Shown: positions 27,311 to 37,207, counted from the stretch's first letter. The stretch is 64,000 nucleotides of DNA from Acidobacteriota bacterium (GCA_019244185.1 JAFATB010000023.1:1-64000), one strand, 5' to 3'. Translations and numbers: made by a program. The notes: generated by a model not told the origin, from the sequence alone.

Positions 27311-28570
27311 TCAATCCTCGAAGATCGACGATTTGCAGCTCGGGTCATTCGTGTTACACGGCATGTAGGCCGGCCTGCTGAACCGGTAATTGCCGAGTTG
27401 CAGAGCGATCTGCTGCAGGATGAAGCGGTCGTAGAAGAGCTCCGCGAAGTCCGACGAGCCGCGGATGGTGAAGGTCGAGGCAGCGCTGCCGAGCATCACC
27501 GTGCCGTTGATCGACGACGGTCCGACTTGCGTGTAGTTGCCGGTGACGAAGATGATCCCGTTGAAGCTGCAGTTGCCGCCGTTGATGGTGAGATTGCCGT
27601 TCACGACGAGGATGCCGCTGCCGTTGAGCGGGTTCGAGGAGTCGAACGTGGCGGTACCGGCGCCCATGTTGAGGACGATGATCGACGTCGTGCGGATGGG
27701 ATTCGGGACGGCGGCGACGCTCGACGCGCTGATGTCGGCGACGGCGCTGAGATCGGCGATCGTCGACACGCCGAAGACGTTCGGGATCGTGAACGACGAC
27801 GCGGCCAGGCCGTTGCTGCTGGCCGGCGTGCCGCTGAGCACCGACACCGGAGTGTCGACGATGTCGACGGTCGGCGCACCGCTCACGGACGCGACGCCGA
27901 TGCCGGTCGAGCCGCCGATGACGCGTGCGCGCGAGTTGCCGGTCGTACCGATGCGAGCGCCGTTGAGGCCGGCGGCCTGAATGATGACCGCCGCGGCGGC
28001 CGGCAGGTTCACCGTCACGCGCTGGATTTCGGCGAGCAACGTGCGTCGCGCGATCACGATGTTCGGCGCAACGTTCCACGCCACGCTGGGGTCATTGCGG
28101 ATGTACACGCCGCCCAGCGATTGAAGCTGCCAGACCGCGCCGGTGCCGGCGCCGCTCCCGCGGCGGTTCTGCGTCAGGTCGACGACCTGGTCCTTCCCGC
28201 CCGGAGTCCCGCGCACGACCTCGTAATGGCCCCAAATCCTGCCCATGCTGCTGATCTGGTACTCGCGGTTGATGGAAACGGGCGAAGTGACGACGTCGGT
28301 GTCGTTCACCGGCGGCGTCGCGCTCAGGTTGCGCTGCGGATTGAAGCTGGCGACCGGCTGGGTCGTCTGCCGGCGGAACCAGTCCAGCCCTTCGATCAGA
28401 CCCGCGTGCGCGGCATTCAGTCCCTGTCCCTGATAACGAAGCCGCAACTGCAGCATGCGCGTCGTGGTGAGCGTATGCACCGACACCGTCATCAGGATCA
28501 GCAGGACGAACGAGATCGCGAAAATGGTGATGATGAGCGCAAAACCGCGTTCGGATGTTTTCTTCTTCAC
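27311..28570 (-). CDS. PilX/GspK-like minor pilin with beta-solenoid-like C-terminus
   Basis: ERG|FALIITIFAI (no Glu5); NAAHAGL PilX N-terminal motif; GSGILVVNGNLTING..FNGIIFVTG; GTG at 28570 with GAGG RBS. Confidence 0.8.
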   Translation of the reverse strand: MKKKTSERGFALIITIFAISFVLLILMTVSVHTLTTTRMLQLRLRYQGQGLNAAHAGLIEGLDWFRRQTTQPVASFNPQRNLSATPPVNDTDVVTSPVSINREYQISSMGRIWGHYEVVRGTPGGKDQVVDLTQNRRGSGAGTGAVWQLQSLGGVYIRNDPSVAWNVAPNIVIARRTLLAEIQRVTVNLPAAAAVIIQAAGLNGARIGTTGNSRARVIGGSTGIGVASVSGAPTVDIVDTPVSVLSGTPASSNGLAASSFTIPNVFGVSTIADLSAVADISASSVAAVPNPIRTTSIIVLNMGAGTATFDSSNPLNGSGILVVNGNLTINGGNCSFNGIIFVTGNYTQVGPSSINGTVMLGSAASTFTIRGSSDFAELFYDRFILQQIALQLGNYRFSRPAYMPCNTNDPSCKSSIFED

Positions 28571-28718
28571 GATGGTCCTCGCGAAACCGCCGCGCCGCAG
28601 ACGCAAGCGAGGTGCCCGCGCTGCCGGCGAGGAGTAAACGACTCGATCGGCTGTATGTTACCGCGCGACAGGGATGACCACGCGCGTCAGGCATTCGCGC
28701 AAGTTGTTACGAAAGGTA

Positions 28719-30305
28719 TCACGCGATGTCGTCGCCGATCGCCGGAAGCTCGATCGTGACGGCGGCACCGCCGCCGCGCCGCGGCTCGAGCACGATGCGT
28801 CCGCCGTGAAAGAGGATGATCTTCCGCGCGAGCGCGAGTCCCAGTCCGTGGCCGCCGCTCTTGGTCGACTGGAACGGGAGAAAGAGCTTCGCGGTCTGCT
28901 CCGACGCGACGCCGACGCCGTTGTCGGCGATGACGACGCCGGATGTGGCGCCGCCGAAGATGGTGACGTCGATGACGCCGTCGCGTTCCGCCGCCGCAAT
29001 CGCCTCGGCTGCATTCCGCAACACGTTCTCGATGACGCGCCGCAACAGCGCGGCGTCGCCGGCCACGCGTGCGTCGCCGCCGTGAAAGCGGAGGTCGATC
29101 GGCTGCAGCTCCGGCATCGCCTCGGCGACCTCGCGCACGAGCTCGCGCAGGTCGACCGGCTGCATGTCGGGATCGAGCGGACGCGCGAGATGCAGCAGCG
29201 ACTGCACGGCCGCGGCGAGCGTGCGCGCTTCCGCCTCCGCCTGGCCGACGCGATGCTCGGCTTCGGGCGCGAGCGGCAACTTTCGCGTGAGCTGCAGATA
29301 GCCGGTGATCGTCGCGAGCGAGTTGCGGAACTCGTGTGCGATGCCGGCGGAGAGCTCGCCGAGATCGGCGAGCACTTGCATCTCGCGCACGCGCTGCTCG
29401 AGGTGGCGCGTCGGCGTGAGGTCGGTGAAGAGCGCGAGAAGGCCGAGGTACTGGCCGTGCGCGTCGAGGAGCGGGACGGTCGTGAGGCCGAAGACTTTCC
29501 CCGCGTGCGGCTCCGCGACTTCCTGCCGCTGCACGGCGGCGCGCGCATCGACGGCGGCCTGCAGCGCGTGTGCGAACTCGGTGTCGCCGAGGAGTTCCGC
29601 GATCGCGCGCCCGGTGACGGTGCCGCCCGCGGGCAGGTCGAGAAGCTCGCGCGCGGCGTGGTTGACATCGACGATCGCACCGTTCGCGTCGACGGAGATG
29701 AAGCCCGACGCGAGGTTACGGACGAGCGTCGCGGTGACGGTCGCGAGCTCGTCGGCGCGGCCTTTCAGAAAACGGATCGACGACTCGAACGACTGATACA
29801 GCGGCTGCTCTTCGATCGTGTCGCGACGCTCCTCCGCGTTGCCGAACGATCCTTTGCCGAGGATCGCGGCGGCGTTGATGGCGAAGAGGATCACGCTCGC
29901 GAGCGCGCCGGCCGTCGCGACGACGACGAGCGAACGCAGCGCGCCCGTCGGCGATCCCGGTGAGCCGCTGTAAAACGCCACTTCGAGCAACGCGCCGTTC
30001 ACCGGACGATAGAGACGCAGCGCCCCGTCGCCGCGCGCGTGTGGTCGATCGACCAGTGCGAGCGAAACGTCGTGGTGCTGCCCGATCAACGCGATCGTCG
30101 ACGGCGAGACGTCGCGATGAGTCGTCGCGGCGAGGCGGACTTCCGCGGCGCACGCATCGGCGATCGCGGCGCGCGCGTTCTGCCGGGCTACGGTCGCGGC
30201 GACGTACAGCGCGGGGACGGCGGCGGTGATGCCGATGACGAAGACGCCGAGGACGACGACCACCGCCGTGCGGTAGATGCCGCTCATCGCGTTGCGCGAC
30301 TTCAT
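28719..30305 (-). CDS. PAS-domain sensor histidine kinase (PilS/NtrB-like)
   Basis: Two TMs, PAS, GIAHEFRNSL H-box, NVLRNAAEA, DNGVG, PFQSTK, GLGL. Confidence 0.9.
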   Translation of the reverse strand: MKSRNAMSGIYRTAVVVVLGVFVIGITAAVPALYVAATVARQNARAAIADACAAEVRLAATTHRDVSPSTIALIGQHHDVSLALVDRPHARGDGALRLYRPVNGALLEVAFYSGSPGSPTGALRSLVVVATAGALASVILFAINAAAILGKGSFGNAEERRDTIEEQPLYQSFESSIRFLKGRADELATVTATLVRNLASGFISVDANGAIVDVNHAARELLDLPAGGTVTGRAIAELLGDTEFAHALQAAVDARAAVQRQEVAEPHAGKVFGLTTVPLLDAHGQYLGLLALFTDLTPTRHLEQRVREMQVLADLGELSAGIAHEFRNSLATITGYLQLTRKLPLAPEAEHRVGQAEAEARTLAAAVQSLLHLARPLDPDMQPVDLRELVREVAEAMPELQPIDLRFHGGDARVAGDAALLRRVIENVLRNAAEAIAAAERDGVIDVTIFGGATSGVVIADNGVGVASEQTAKLFLPFQSTKSGGHGLGLALARKIILFHGGRIVLEPRRGGGAAVTIELPAIGDDIA

Positions 30306-30343
30306 CAGCCGCGAGAGTAACAGGGGAGAGGTTGCGAGGGGAG

Positions 30344-30378
30344 CGGAAGACGGCGGCGCATGGCGCCGCCGTCTTCCG
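30344..30378. terminator. Perfect 16-bp hairpin downstream of the large C25 gene
   Basis: CGGAAGACGGCGGCGC-ATG-GCGCCGCCGTCTTCCG; no strong U-tract. Confidence 0.55.
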
Positions 30379-30390
30379 GATCGGTTTCGA

Positions 30391-33300
30391 TTACCGCAGC
30401 TTCATCGACGGATCGCCGAACAGGATCCACGACTTGCGCACGTCGTGATCGGCCGTGGCGGCCTTCGCGCGCGCGGCCGCTTCGCCGAGCGTGCGGTTCG
30501 ACGGGAAGAGCTGGCGGAACATCTCTTCGGCGACGACCTGCTGCGAGTCGGGCTGCGTCAGCGCGGACGAGGTCCACACCGCCACCGCGCCGCCGTTCGG
30601 GTTCTGCAGAAGCGCTTCGCCGAGGCTGGTCTGGTAGAGGTCGTGGAAGTACGCGTTGAGGCAAGTCATCGCGAAGACGACCGGCTGCCGCTGCCCGTTC
30701 GTGAGCGCGAGCGCGTCGTTGCTGTCGAACGTGTTGCGCCACAGATCGACCGAGCCGTGGCCGAAGTAGGTCGCCAGCAGCTGGCCGGAGTTGAGCGACG
30801 AGAGGAGCGCCGTGCGGTCGTGCGCGATCGTCGTCGACGTGAGCGTGTTCGGCGTCAGCGCGCGCGCCGCGGTGGCGGCGCCGTCGAAGTCATAGCCGTC
30901 GTTGAAGTCGGTGAAGAAGAGCGCCTTCGTCGTCCACGCGCCGGCCGCATCGCTGCCGCGTCCGCGCTGGACGACCTTGTTGATCATCGTCTGTGCTTCG
31001 GATGCGTTGCGGGCCGGGAGGCGGCCGATGGCGACGTCTTCGATGTCGTCGCTGTTGAAGTCGGCGAGCCACGCATCGGACGCCGTCTTCATGACGTCGA
31101 CCGGCACGAGTTTCGTCGGCACGAGATCGGGCACGCCGAAGCCGAGGTAGTTGCGCGGATCGACGTTCGCGTCCCCGACGAGCAGCGCGAAGCGCGGAGC
31201 GGTCTTCCACTTGCGCGCGCTGCTGAGGAAGTCGCGGATCGCGGACGGGCCGCGCACGCCGAAGTTGAACTCGTCGAAGAGCGACTCGACGTCGACGATC
31301 TTCGTGGAGATGCCTTCCGCGTCGCGGCGCGTCTTCAGCGGCGCGGCGGCGGAGGCGAACTCCGCGGGCGCGATGACGACCATGTCCGCGGTGTTCTTCT
31401 TGTCGTTCAGCGTCGAGGCCGGACGCGACACGATCTGCCGGGGCGCGTCGACGCGCGGGGCGCCGACGAAGAGCAGCGTGCGCTTCGCCGTGCCGGTGCG
31501 CAGCGCCGAGGCCGTCGCGGTGTACGTGCCGCCGGTCGAGGTGCGCACGACGAGCGCGACGTCGAACGGATCGAGCGAGTTGGTGACGTCGATCGCGCGG
31601 ATCGCGTTCGTGGTGAAGCCCTTCACGGTGACGGACGCGCCGGGCACCGCGATGACTTTGAGCGCGTTGTTGTCCGCGACGAGCTTGTGCAGATACGTGA
31701 GGCGCACCGACTCGACGACGCTGACGTCTTCGTCGCCGCCGAGCGCGGTGATGCCGAGCGTGTTCGTGCCTGCCTGCAGCGCGGACGCGGGGATGCTCAC
31801 CGTCTTGACGTTGCGCGTCATGCCGGTGAAGTTGTACGTCGTCAGCGCCGCACCATTCAGCGTCAGCGCGATCCCGTGCTGCACCTCGGTCGCCCCCTGC
31901 AGCGTGAGCTCGAGCGTGGCCGCGCCGCTCGCATCGAGCTGCTCGACCGTGAGGTCCTGCGTCACCGGCGCGGACGAGACGATCGCGCCGAAGAAGTTGT
32001 CGCGGTCGCCGTTGTTGACCAGCGCGGTGAAGAAGACCGTGCGCTCGATGCGCTCAAACGTGTAGCTCGTGTTCGACGGCAGCGCCGTGGCCGTGCGCGA
32101 GCCGGCGTCGGAGCGGAGCCGCAGCGGCAGGCCTTTGCCCTTCGTGACGAAGTACGCGTGGGCGCCGCTCGACGGCGTGTCGAGCGCGGTGCCGTAGAAC
32201 TCGATCGCGTCGTTCGCGTCGAACGAGCCGTCGCCGCCGTCGGAGACGAAGATCGGGCATTCGTTGCCGTCGACGTACAGGCGCACCGCGTCAGGCACGG
32301 TGCCCGGATCGAAGCCGGCGGCCACGATCGCGCTCTTGGTGACGCGATACCACCCCTCGTGCGTGACGTAGAGCTTCGCGGCGGGCGCGCCGAGGATCGC
32401 GTACTGCTGATTGACGCGGCGGGTGTCGAATACCTGCGTGATCGGCTGCTGCGCCGCGAAGCCGCGCGCGGAGACGAAGATGCCGCCGTTCTCGAGCGGC
32501 GCGGCATTCGCGAGCGTCGGCGCGTCGACGGTCGCCATCGCGGCGGCGGTGAAGCCGCTGTGGACGACGGGCGTGATCGGGCCGTGCATCGTGTGCTCGC
32601 CGTTGAGGTCGACGTCTTCGAGCCAGTACTGCACGAACGAGCCGGCGTCGACGTTGTCCTTCCACTGATAGGAGCGGCCCGACTCGAGTCTGCGCGAGGC
32701 GGTGAAGAACGCGGAGCCGGCGATGACGTACGGGTTGATCTTCTCGCGCTCGCCGCCGCTGCGCTGGCGATAGAGGTTGAAGCCGAGATTGTCGGACTCG
32801 AAGCTGGTCTTCCAGGAGACGACCACGTGGCCGTTGCCGTCCTGCTCCGCGTCGAGCGAGAGCACGCGCGCGAACGTCGGCGCGGGCACGTTCGAAACGA
32901 ACGACGCGCTGTTGTTCGTCGTGTTCGTCTCGGACTCGTTGATCGCGACGGTGGCCGTGTTGGTGACCTGCGTCGTGTTGACGGTGATGGTGCCGGTGAT
33001 GGTGATGACCTGCGTTGCGTTCACGGCGAGCGACGCGTAGTTGCACGTCACGGTGCCGCTCGCGAACGTGCACGTCGGCGAGCCCGGCGAGACGTTGGTA
33101 AACGAGACGCCCGACGGGATCGGATCGCTGACGACGACGCCGGTGGCAATCGTCGGGCCGTTGTTCTTGGCGGTCAGCGTGTAGGTGATGGTCTGCCCGA
33201 AGAAGATCGGATCGGGGCTGCCGGTCTTCGTGATCTGCACGTCGGTCTTGTGGACCGTGGTGGTCGTGCTGGCGGTGTTGTTCGCCGTGTTCGTCTCGGG

Positions 33301-36243
33301 GTTCGTCGTCGCGGTCGTGACGCTCTGCGTGATCGTGGTCGGATCGGCGAGCGCGGTGGACGTCTTGACGACGAGCTGGAAGTTGCCGGTGGTCGCACCC
33401 GCGGCGAGCGCGGTGCCCGCGGCGATGGTGCAGGTGATCGTGCCGGTGCCGCCGACGGCCGGCGTGGTGCACGACCAGCCCGCGGGCGGCGTCATCGAGA
33501 CGAACGTCGTGCCCGGAGGCGTCGTCTGCGTGAGCGTGACGCCGTAGGCCGGGATGTTCGTCGAGTTGTTCGTGACGGATTCGGTGTAGGTGATGTTGCC
33601 GCCCGCGCCGACGGGATCGGGCGAGTCGGAGATGGCGACGGAGATGTCCGTGCAGCCGGACTTGATGCCGGTGATCTGATCGAAGTCGGCCGTCGTCACG
33701 ATGGTGCCGACCGCGCCCGGCTGCGCGCCGAACGTGTCGTTCGCATCGGTGGTGATGCCGGACGTGCCGCCGAGGACGCTCGAAGCGCCGTTCGGAGTGC
33801 CGTTGGTGGCGATGTAGCCGCCCGCACCGCCGCCGCCGGGGCCGTGACGCTCGCCGGGGTATCCGCCGTTCGCATGGCCGCGCCATGCGTCGCCGCCGTC
33901 GCCGCCGTCGGCGTGCATGGTGAGACCGTTGATGCCGCCGTTGTGCGAGAGCACGACGATCGAGCCGCCGGCGCCACCGCCGCCGCCGCCGTCATTGAGC
34001 GTGTCGTCGTAGGCGTCGGCGCCGTTCGCGTTGATGGTCGCGGTGCCGCTCAGGTTCGCGGCGCGGATGAGGACCATGCCGCCGCCGGCCGCGCCGGAGC
34101 CGCCGAGGTCGCCGGTTGCGTCGCTGTTGTTGCGCGCGCCGCCGCCGCCGCCGCCGCCGAGAACCGCGCGGCCCGGAGAGTCGAAGAACGGAGCGCCGCC
34201 GAAGCCGCCGCGCGCCTGATTGGACTGCCACGCGTTGCCGCCGCCGCCGCCGCGGCCCCAGTTGCCGCCGCCGCCGCCGCCGGAGTTCTGGTCGTTGACC
34301 GTACCGGTATCGGTGCCGCCGCCGCCCGCGTTCGCGGGAGCACCGCGGCCGTAGTCGCCATTGGGATAACCCTGCGGGCCGATGTCGAGCGTCGCGCCCG
34401 AATCGAACAGCAGCTCGGGCGAGCCTGCGATGCCTTCACCCTTGATGCCGTGCGTGTCGTCGGTGGCGATCGCGTTTCGATAGTCGTCCGGCTGCGCGGT
34501 GCCGTTGCCGTCCTGCTGGATGCCGGCCGCGCCGCGGAAGCCCTGGCCGTTCACGCTGACGGTGGCGCTGTTGAGCGTGAGCTGACCGGCGACGTCGATG
34601 GCGAGAATGCCGCCGGTGAAGCCCGTCGTGGTCGTGCCGCCCCACGGACGCGCGGTCAGCGCGGCGCCGAGCGTCGCGTTGAGATACTGCGGCACGCGCA
34701 CGACCTGGAAGCGCCGTTGTCCCTGCGTCGCGGTCGCGGCCGCGTTCGTGTACGCGTACACGAGACCGCCGGAGCCGTTGACGCCGGTGAAGGTGATCGT
34801 GCCGCCCGCCGCGCCGATCGCGGTCGCATTCGTCGCGACCACGTATTCGTAGCGGCCGGCATTGTTCGCGTTGGTGTAGCCGGCGCCGATGCCGGTCACG
34901 CTGCCGGCGACGCCCGCGCCGTTGCCGTAGCGGTCGTCGTTCGTGCTGTCGATCGCCGCGTCCTGCATCTGGATGATGAGCAGCAGGTCGCCGGCGGTGA
35001 TCGAGTTCGCGGCGCCGGTGCGCGTGCCGGCGGTGATCGAGGTCGCGCCCGCGGCGGCGCTGGCCGTGCCCGGCCAGTAGGAGTTCACGACACCCGTGAT
35101 CGGCGCGGCGGGCGTGCCGTCCTTGCCCGGCTGCGTGCCGCAGACCGTGGCCTGCACGAGCGAGTAGGAGCTCGCGCTGGCGGTGTTCGGCGTGCCGGGG
35201 TCGACGGTGGTCGTCGTCACGGTCCCGGTGTTCGCCGCGATCGCGCCGCCGGTGAGCGGTGCGACGACCTGAATCGAAATCGAGGCGGTGGCGCCGTTCG
35301 TGAGCGTGCCGACGGTGCAGGTGACGGTCGTCGTGCCGCTGCAGGTTCCCTGCGTCGTCGTCGAACTGACGAACGTCACCGTGCCGGGAAGCGTGTCGGT
35401 GACGGTGACGCCGTTCGCGGCCGACGGGCCGTTGTTGTAGACGTAGAAGGTGTAGGTGAGAATCCCGCCCGGTGCGACCGGATCGGGAAGCGCGCTTTCA
35501 TTGAGCTCGACGTCGGCCTGCGCGGGCCGCACGTTGACGGCGATGTCGGTCCAGCTGCGATTGGCCGACAGCGTCCAGCTCATCGTGGTCGTGCCGGCCG
35601 CGGCGGCGCGGCGGCTGCTGGCCGCCTGGACGTCGTTGTTCGACGTGCCGGCGTTGGAGATGTTGTAGTTCTGGGTTTGCGCGGCGTTGACGGTGAGCGT
35701 CACCGACTCGCGCGCGGAGACGAAGTCCACGATGGTGTCGTTCGTGGCGGAGGTCAGTGCGGTCGACGTCGCAGGACTCGTGGTGCCGGTGTTTGTCGAC
35801 ACGATCGTCGACGGCATCGTCTGATTCGCGCCGGAGTACGTGATCGCGCCGATCACCCCGCGGACGGTCTGGCCCGCGCCGACGCCGCCCATCGTCACAC
35901 TCACATTGTTCGTTCCCGTGTTCGGATTGAGCAGGTACCACACCTCGGTACGCGTATCGACGGCCGCGTCCGTGATCGCTTCGAGCAGCGTCAGCGTCTG
36001 CGCGCCGTACGAGACGCTCGTCACCGTCGCGCCGGTCGGCGTGTTGACGTTCATGTGCACGCCGACGAGCAGCAGGCGATTGTTCGCCGTAGCTGCCGGG
36101 ATCGTGTGCGCCATCGTGACGGTCGGCGCGCCGTTGGTGAAGTTCGCCGCCGCCGAGTTCTGCACGACGAGCGTGGCCTGCGCCATAGCGGACGCGGCAA
36201 CGAAAAACGAGACGATTGCAGCAGGGATCAACCGGCGCAGCAT
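30391..36243 (-). CDS. 1950-aa secreted protein: beta-rich N domain, DUF11 Ig-like repeats, Gly-rich region, C-terminal C25 peptidase domain
   Basis: Signal peptide (AMA/Q); PDPV...LTYT..V.NNGP..A.GV.V.D.LP repeats; GAPANAGGGG; W.TSFESDNLGFNLYR; LFDEFNFG, IGRLPAR, YFGHGS, MTCLNAYF, LFGDPS. Confidence 0.9.
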   Translation of the reverse strand: MLRRLIPAAIVSFFVAASAMAQATLVVQNSAAANFTNGAPTVTMAHTIPAATANNRLLLVGVHMNVNTPTGATVTSVSYGAQTLTLLEAITDAAVDTRTEVWYLLNPNTGTNNVSVTMGGVGAGQTVRGVIGAITYSGANQTMPSTIVSTNTGTTSPATSTALTSATNDTIVDFVSARESVTLTVNAAQTQNYNISNAGTSNNDVQAASSRRAAAAGTTTMSWTLSANRSWTDIAVNVRPAQADVELNESALPDPVAPGGILTYTFYVYNNGPSAANGVTVTDTLPGTVTFVSSTTTQGTCSGTTTVTCTVGTLTNGATASISIQVVAPLTGGAIAANTGTVTTTTVDPGTPNTASASSYSLVQATVCGTQPGKDGTPAAPITGVVNSYWPGTASAAAGATSITAGTRTGAANSITAGDLLLIIQMQDAAIDSTNDDRYGNGAGVAGSVTGIGAGYTNANNAGRYEYVVATNATAIGAAGGTITFTGVNGSGGLVYAYTNAAATATQGQRRFQVVRVPQYLNATLGAALTARPWGGTTTTGFTGGILAIDVAGQLTLNSATVSVNGQGFRGAAGIQQDGNGTAQPDDYRNAIATDDTHGIKGEGIAGSPELLFDSGATLDIGPQGYPNGDYGRGAPANAGGGGTDTGTVNDQNSGGGGGGNWGRGGGGGNAWQSNQARGGFGGAPFFDSPGRAVLGGGGGGGARNNSDATGDLGGSGAAGGGMVLIRAANLSGTATINANGADAYDDTLNDGGGGGGAGGSIVVLSHNGGINGLTMHADGGDGGDAWRGHANGGYPGERHGPGGGGAGGYIATNGTPNGASSVLGGTSGITTDANDTFGAQPGAVGTIVTTADFDQITGIKSGCTDISVAISDSPDPVGAGGNITYTESVTNNSTNIPAYGVTLTQTTPPGTTFVSMTPPAGWSCTTPAVGGTGTITCTIAAGTALAAGATTGNFQLVVKTSTALADPTTITQSVTTATTNPETNTANNTASTTTTVHKTDVQITKTGSPDPIFFGQTITYTLTAKNNGPTIATGVVVSDPIPSGVSFTNVSPGSPTCTFASGTVTCNYASLAVNATQVITITGTITVNTTQVTNTATVAINESETNTTNNSASFVSNVPAPTFARVLSLDAEQDGNGHVVVSWKTSFESDNLGFNLYRQRSGGEREKINPYVIAGSAFFTASRRLESGRSYQWKDNVDAGSFVQYWLEDVDLNGEHTMHGPITPVVHSGFTAAAMATVDAPTLANAAPLENGGIFVSARGFAAQQPITQVFDTRRVNQQYAILGAPAAKLYVTHEGWYRVTKSAIVAAGFDPGTVPDAVRLYVDGNECPIFVSDGGDGSFDANDAIEFYGTALDTPSSGAHAYFVTKGKGLPLRLRSDAGSRTATALPSNTSYTFERIERTVFFTALVNNGDRDNFFGAIVSSAPVTQDLTVEQLDASGAATLELTLQGATEVQHGIALTLNGAALTTYNFTGMTRNVKTVSIPASALQAGTNTLGITALGGDEDVSVVESVRLTYLHKLVADNNALKVIAVPGASVTVKGFTTNAIRAIDVTNSLDPFDVALVVRTSTGGTYTATASALRTGTAKRTLLFVGAPRVDAPRQIVSRPASTLNDKKNTADMVVIAPAEFASAAAPLKTRRDAEGISTKIVDVESLFDEFNFGVRGPSAIRDFLSSARKWKTAPRFALLVGDANVDPRNYLGFGVPDLVPTKLVPVDVMKTASDAWLADFNSDDIEDVAIGRLPARNASEAQTMINKVVQRGRGSDAAGAWTTKALFFTDFNDGYDFDGAATAARALTPNTLTSTTIAHDRTALLSSLNSGQLLATYFGHGSVDLWRNTFDSNDALALTNGQRQPVVFAMTCLNAYFHDLYQTSLGEALLQNPNGGAVAVWTSSALTQPDSQQVVAEEMFRQLFPSNRTLGEAAARAKAATADHDVRKSWILFGDPSMKLR

Positions 36244-36406
36244 GGACCTTCTCCTTAGGACGATGAGCGTGTTGAACAGCTTACGGCGCGAGGACGTTCC
36301 CGCGGCGCCTCTCTTCGCGACGTTATCCTGACCTAGTTCGCCGCCTCTGGGCGCTCGGCAGCCGTCAAGAAGCCGTGAAATGTGCCGATTTCCGGCCGCG
36401 CTTCGC

Positions 36407-37207
36407 TTAGAAGGCGATGCCGGGCATCAGCAACGGCTCGATGTCGCGTCCGAAGAACAACATGACGAGCGCCGCAAGTCCGAGAAAAACGCCGAAGGGC
36501 AATTCCGCCTTCATGCCCTTCGCGCTGCGCGCCGCGACGGTGATGCCGATGACCGCGCCGGAGACGGACGCGAGCAGTAGCACGGGAAACAAGGCCTGCC
36601 ATCCGAGGATCGCGCCGAGCATCGCCATCATCTTCACGTCGCCGAGTCCCATGCCTTCGATCTTCTGCACGAGCTTGTAGGCGAGCGCGATGGCGAGAAT
36701 GCCGCCCGCACCGATGAGCGCGCCGAGAATCGACTCGCGCAACGTCGAAGCGAGCGCGAGCTCCGGATGCAACGCGCCGAGATGCAAAGCGCCGATCGCC
36801 AGACCGATGGCGACGCCCGGAAGGTCGATCACGTCGGGGAGAATCTGAATGTCGAGGTCGATGTAGATGAGCGCGATGAGCATCGACACGACGGCCGCGA
36901 CGAGCAGAAACGCGGGCGAGAGTCCCGTGCGCTGAAAGATGGCGAGATAGAACAGCGCGTTAGCGAGCTCGACTAGCGGATAGCGCGCGCCGATCGGCTC
37001 ATGACACTCGCGGCAGCGTCCGCGGAGCCAGAGGTAGCTGACGATCGGGATGTTGTCGTACGGCCGGATCGGCGTCGCGCAATGCGGGCAGCGGCTCGGC
37101 GGAAAGACGATCGATTCCTCGCGCGGATAGCGATGGATGACGACGTTGAGGAAGCTGCCAAAGATCGCCCCAAGAGCGAACGCCACAACCGAAAAGAACA
37201 AACCCAT
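36407..37207 (-). CDS. pilD: Prepilin peptidase/N-methyltransferase (A24)
   Basis: GSFLNVVIHR.P, SRCPHC, GRCREC, IDLDIQILPD, GMGLGDVK, PFGVFL. Confidence 0.95.
   Translation of the reverse strand: MGLFFSVVAFALGAIFGSFLNVVIHRYPREESIVFPPSRCPHCATPIRPYDNIPIVSYLWLRGRCRECHEPIGARYPLVELANALFYLAIFQRTGLSPAFLLVAAVVSMLIALIYIDLDIQILPDVIDLPGVAIGLAIGALHLGALHPELALASTLRESILGALIGAGGILAIALAYKLVQKIEGMGLGDVKMMAMLGAILGWQALFPVLLLASVSGAVIGITVAARSAKGMKAELPFGVFLGLAALVMLFFGRDIEPLLMPGIAF

Noticed and set aside
33690-34350. (GCC)n-rich tracts
   Set aside because: Poly-Gly coding sequence within the large C25 protein
30277-36258. 1993-aa plus-strand ORF
   Set aside because: Arg-rich antisense shadow of the real 1950-aa C25 gene; typical of high-GC codon bias
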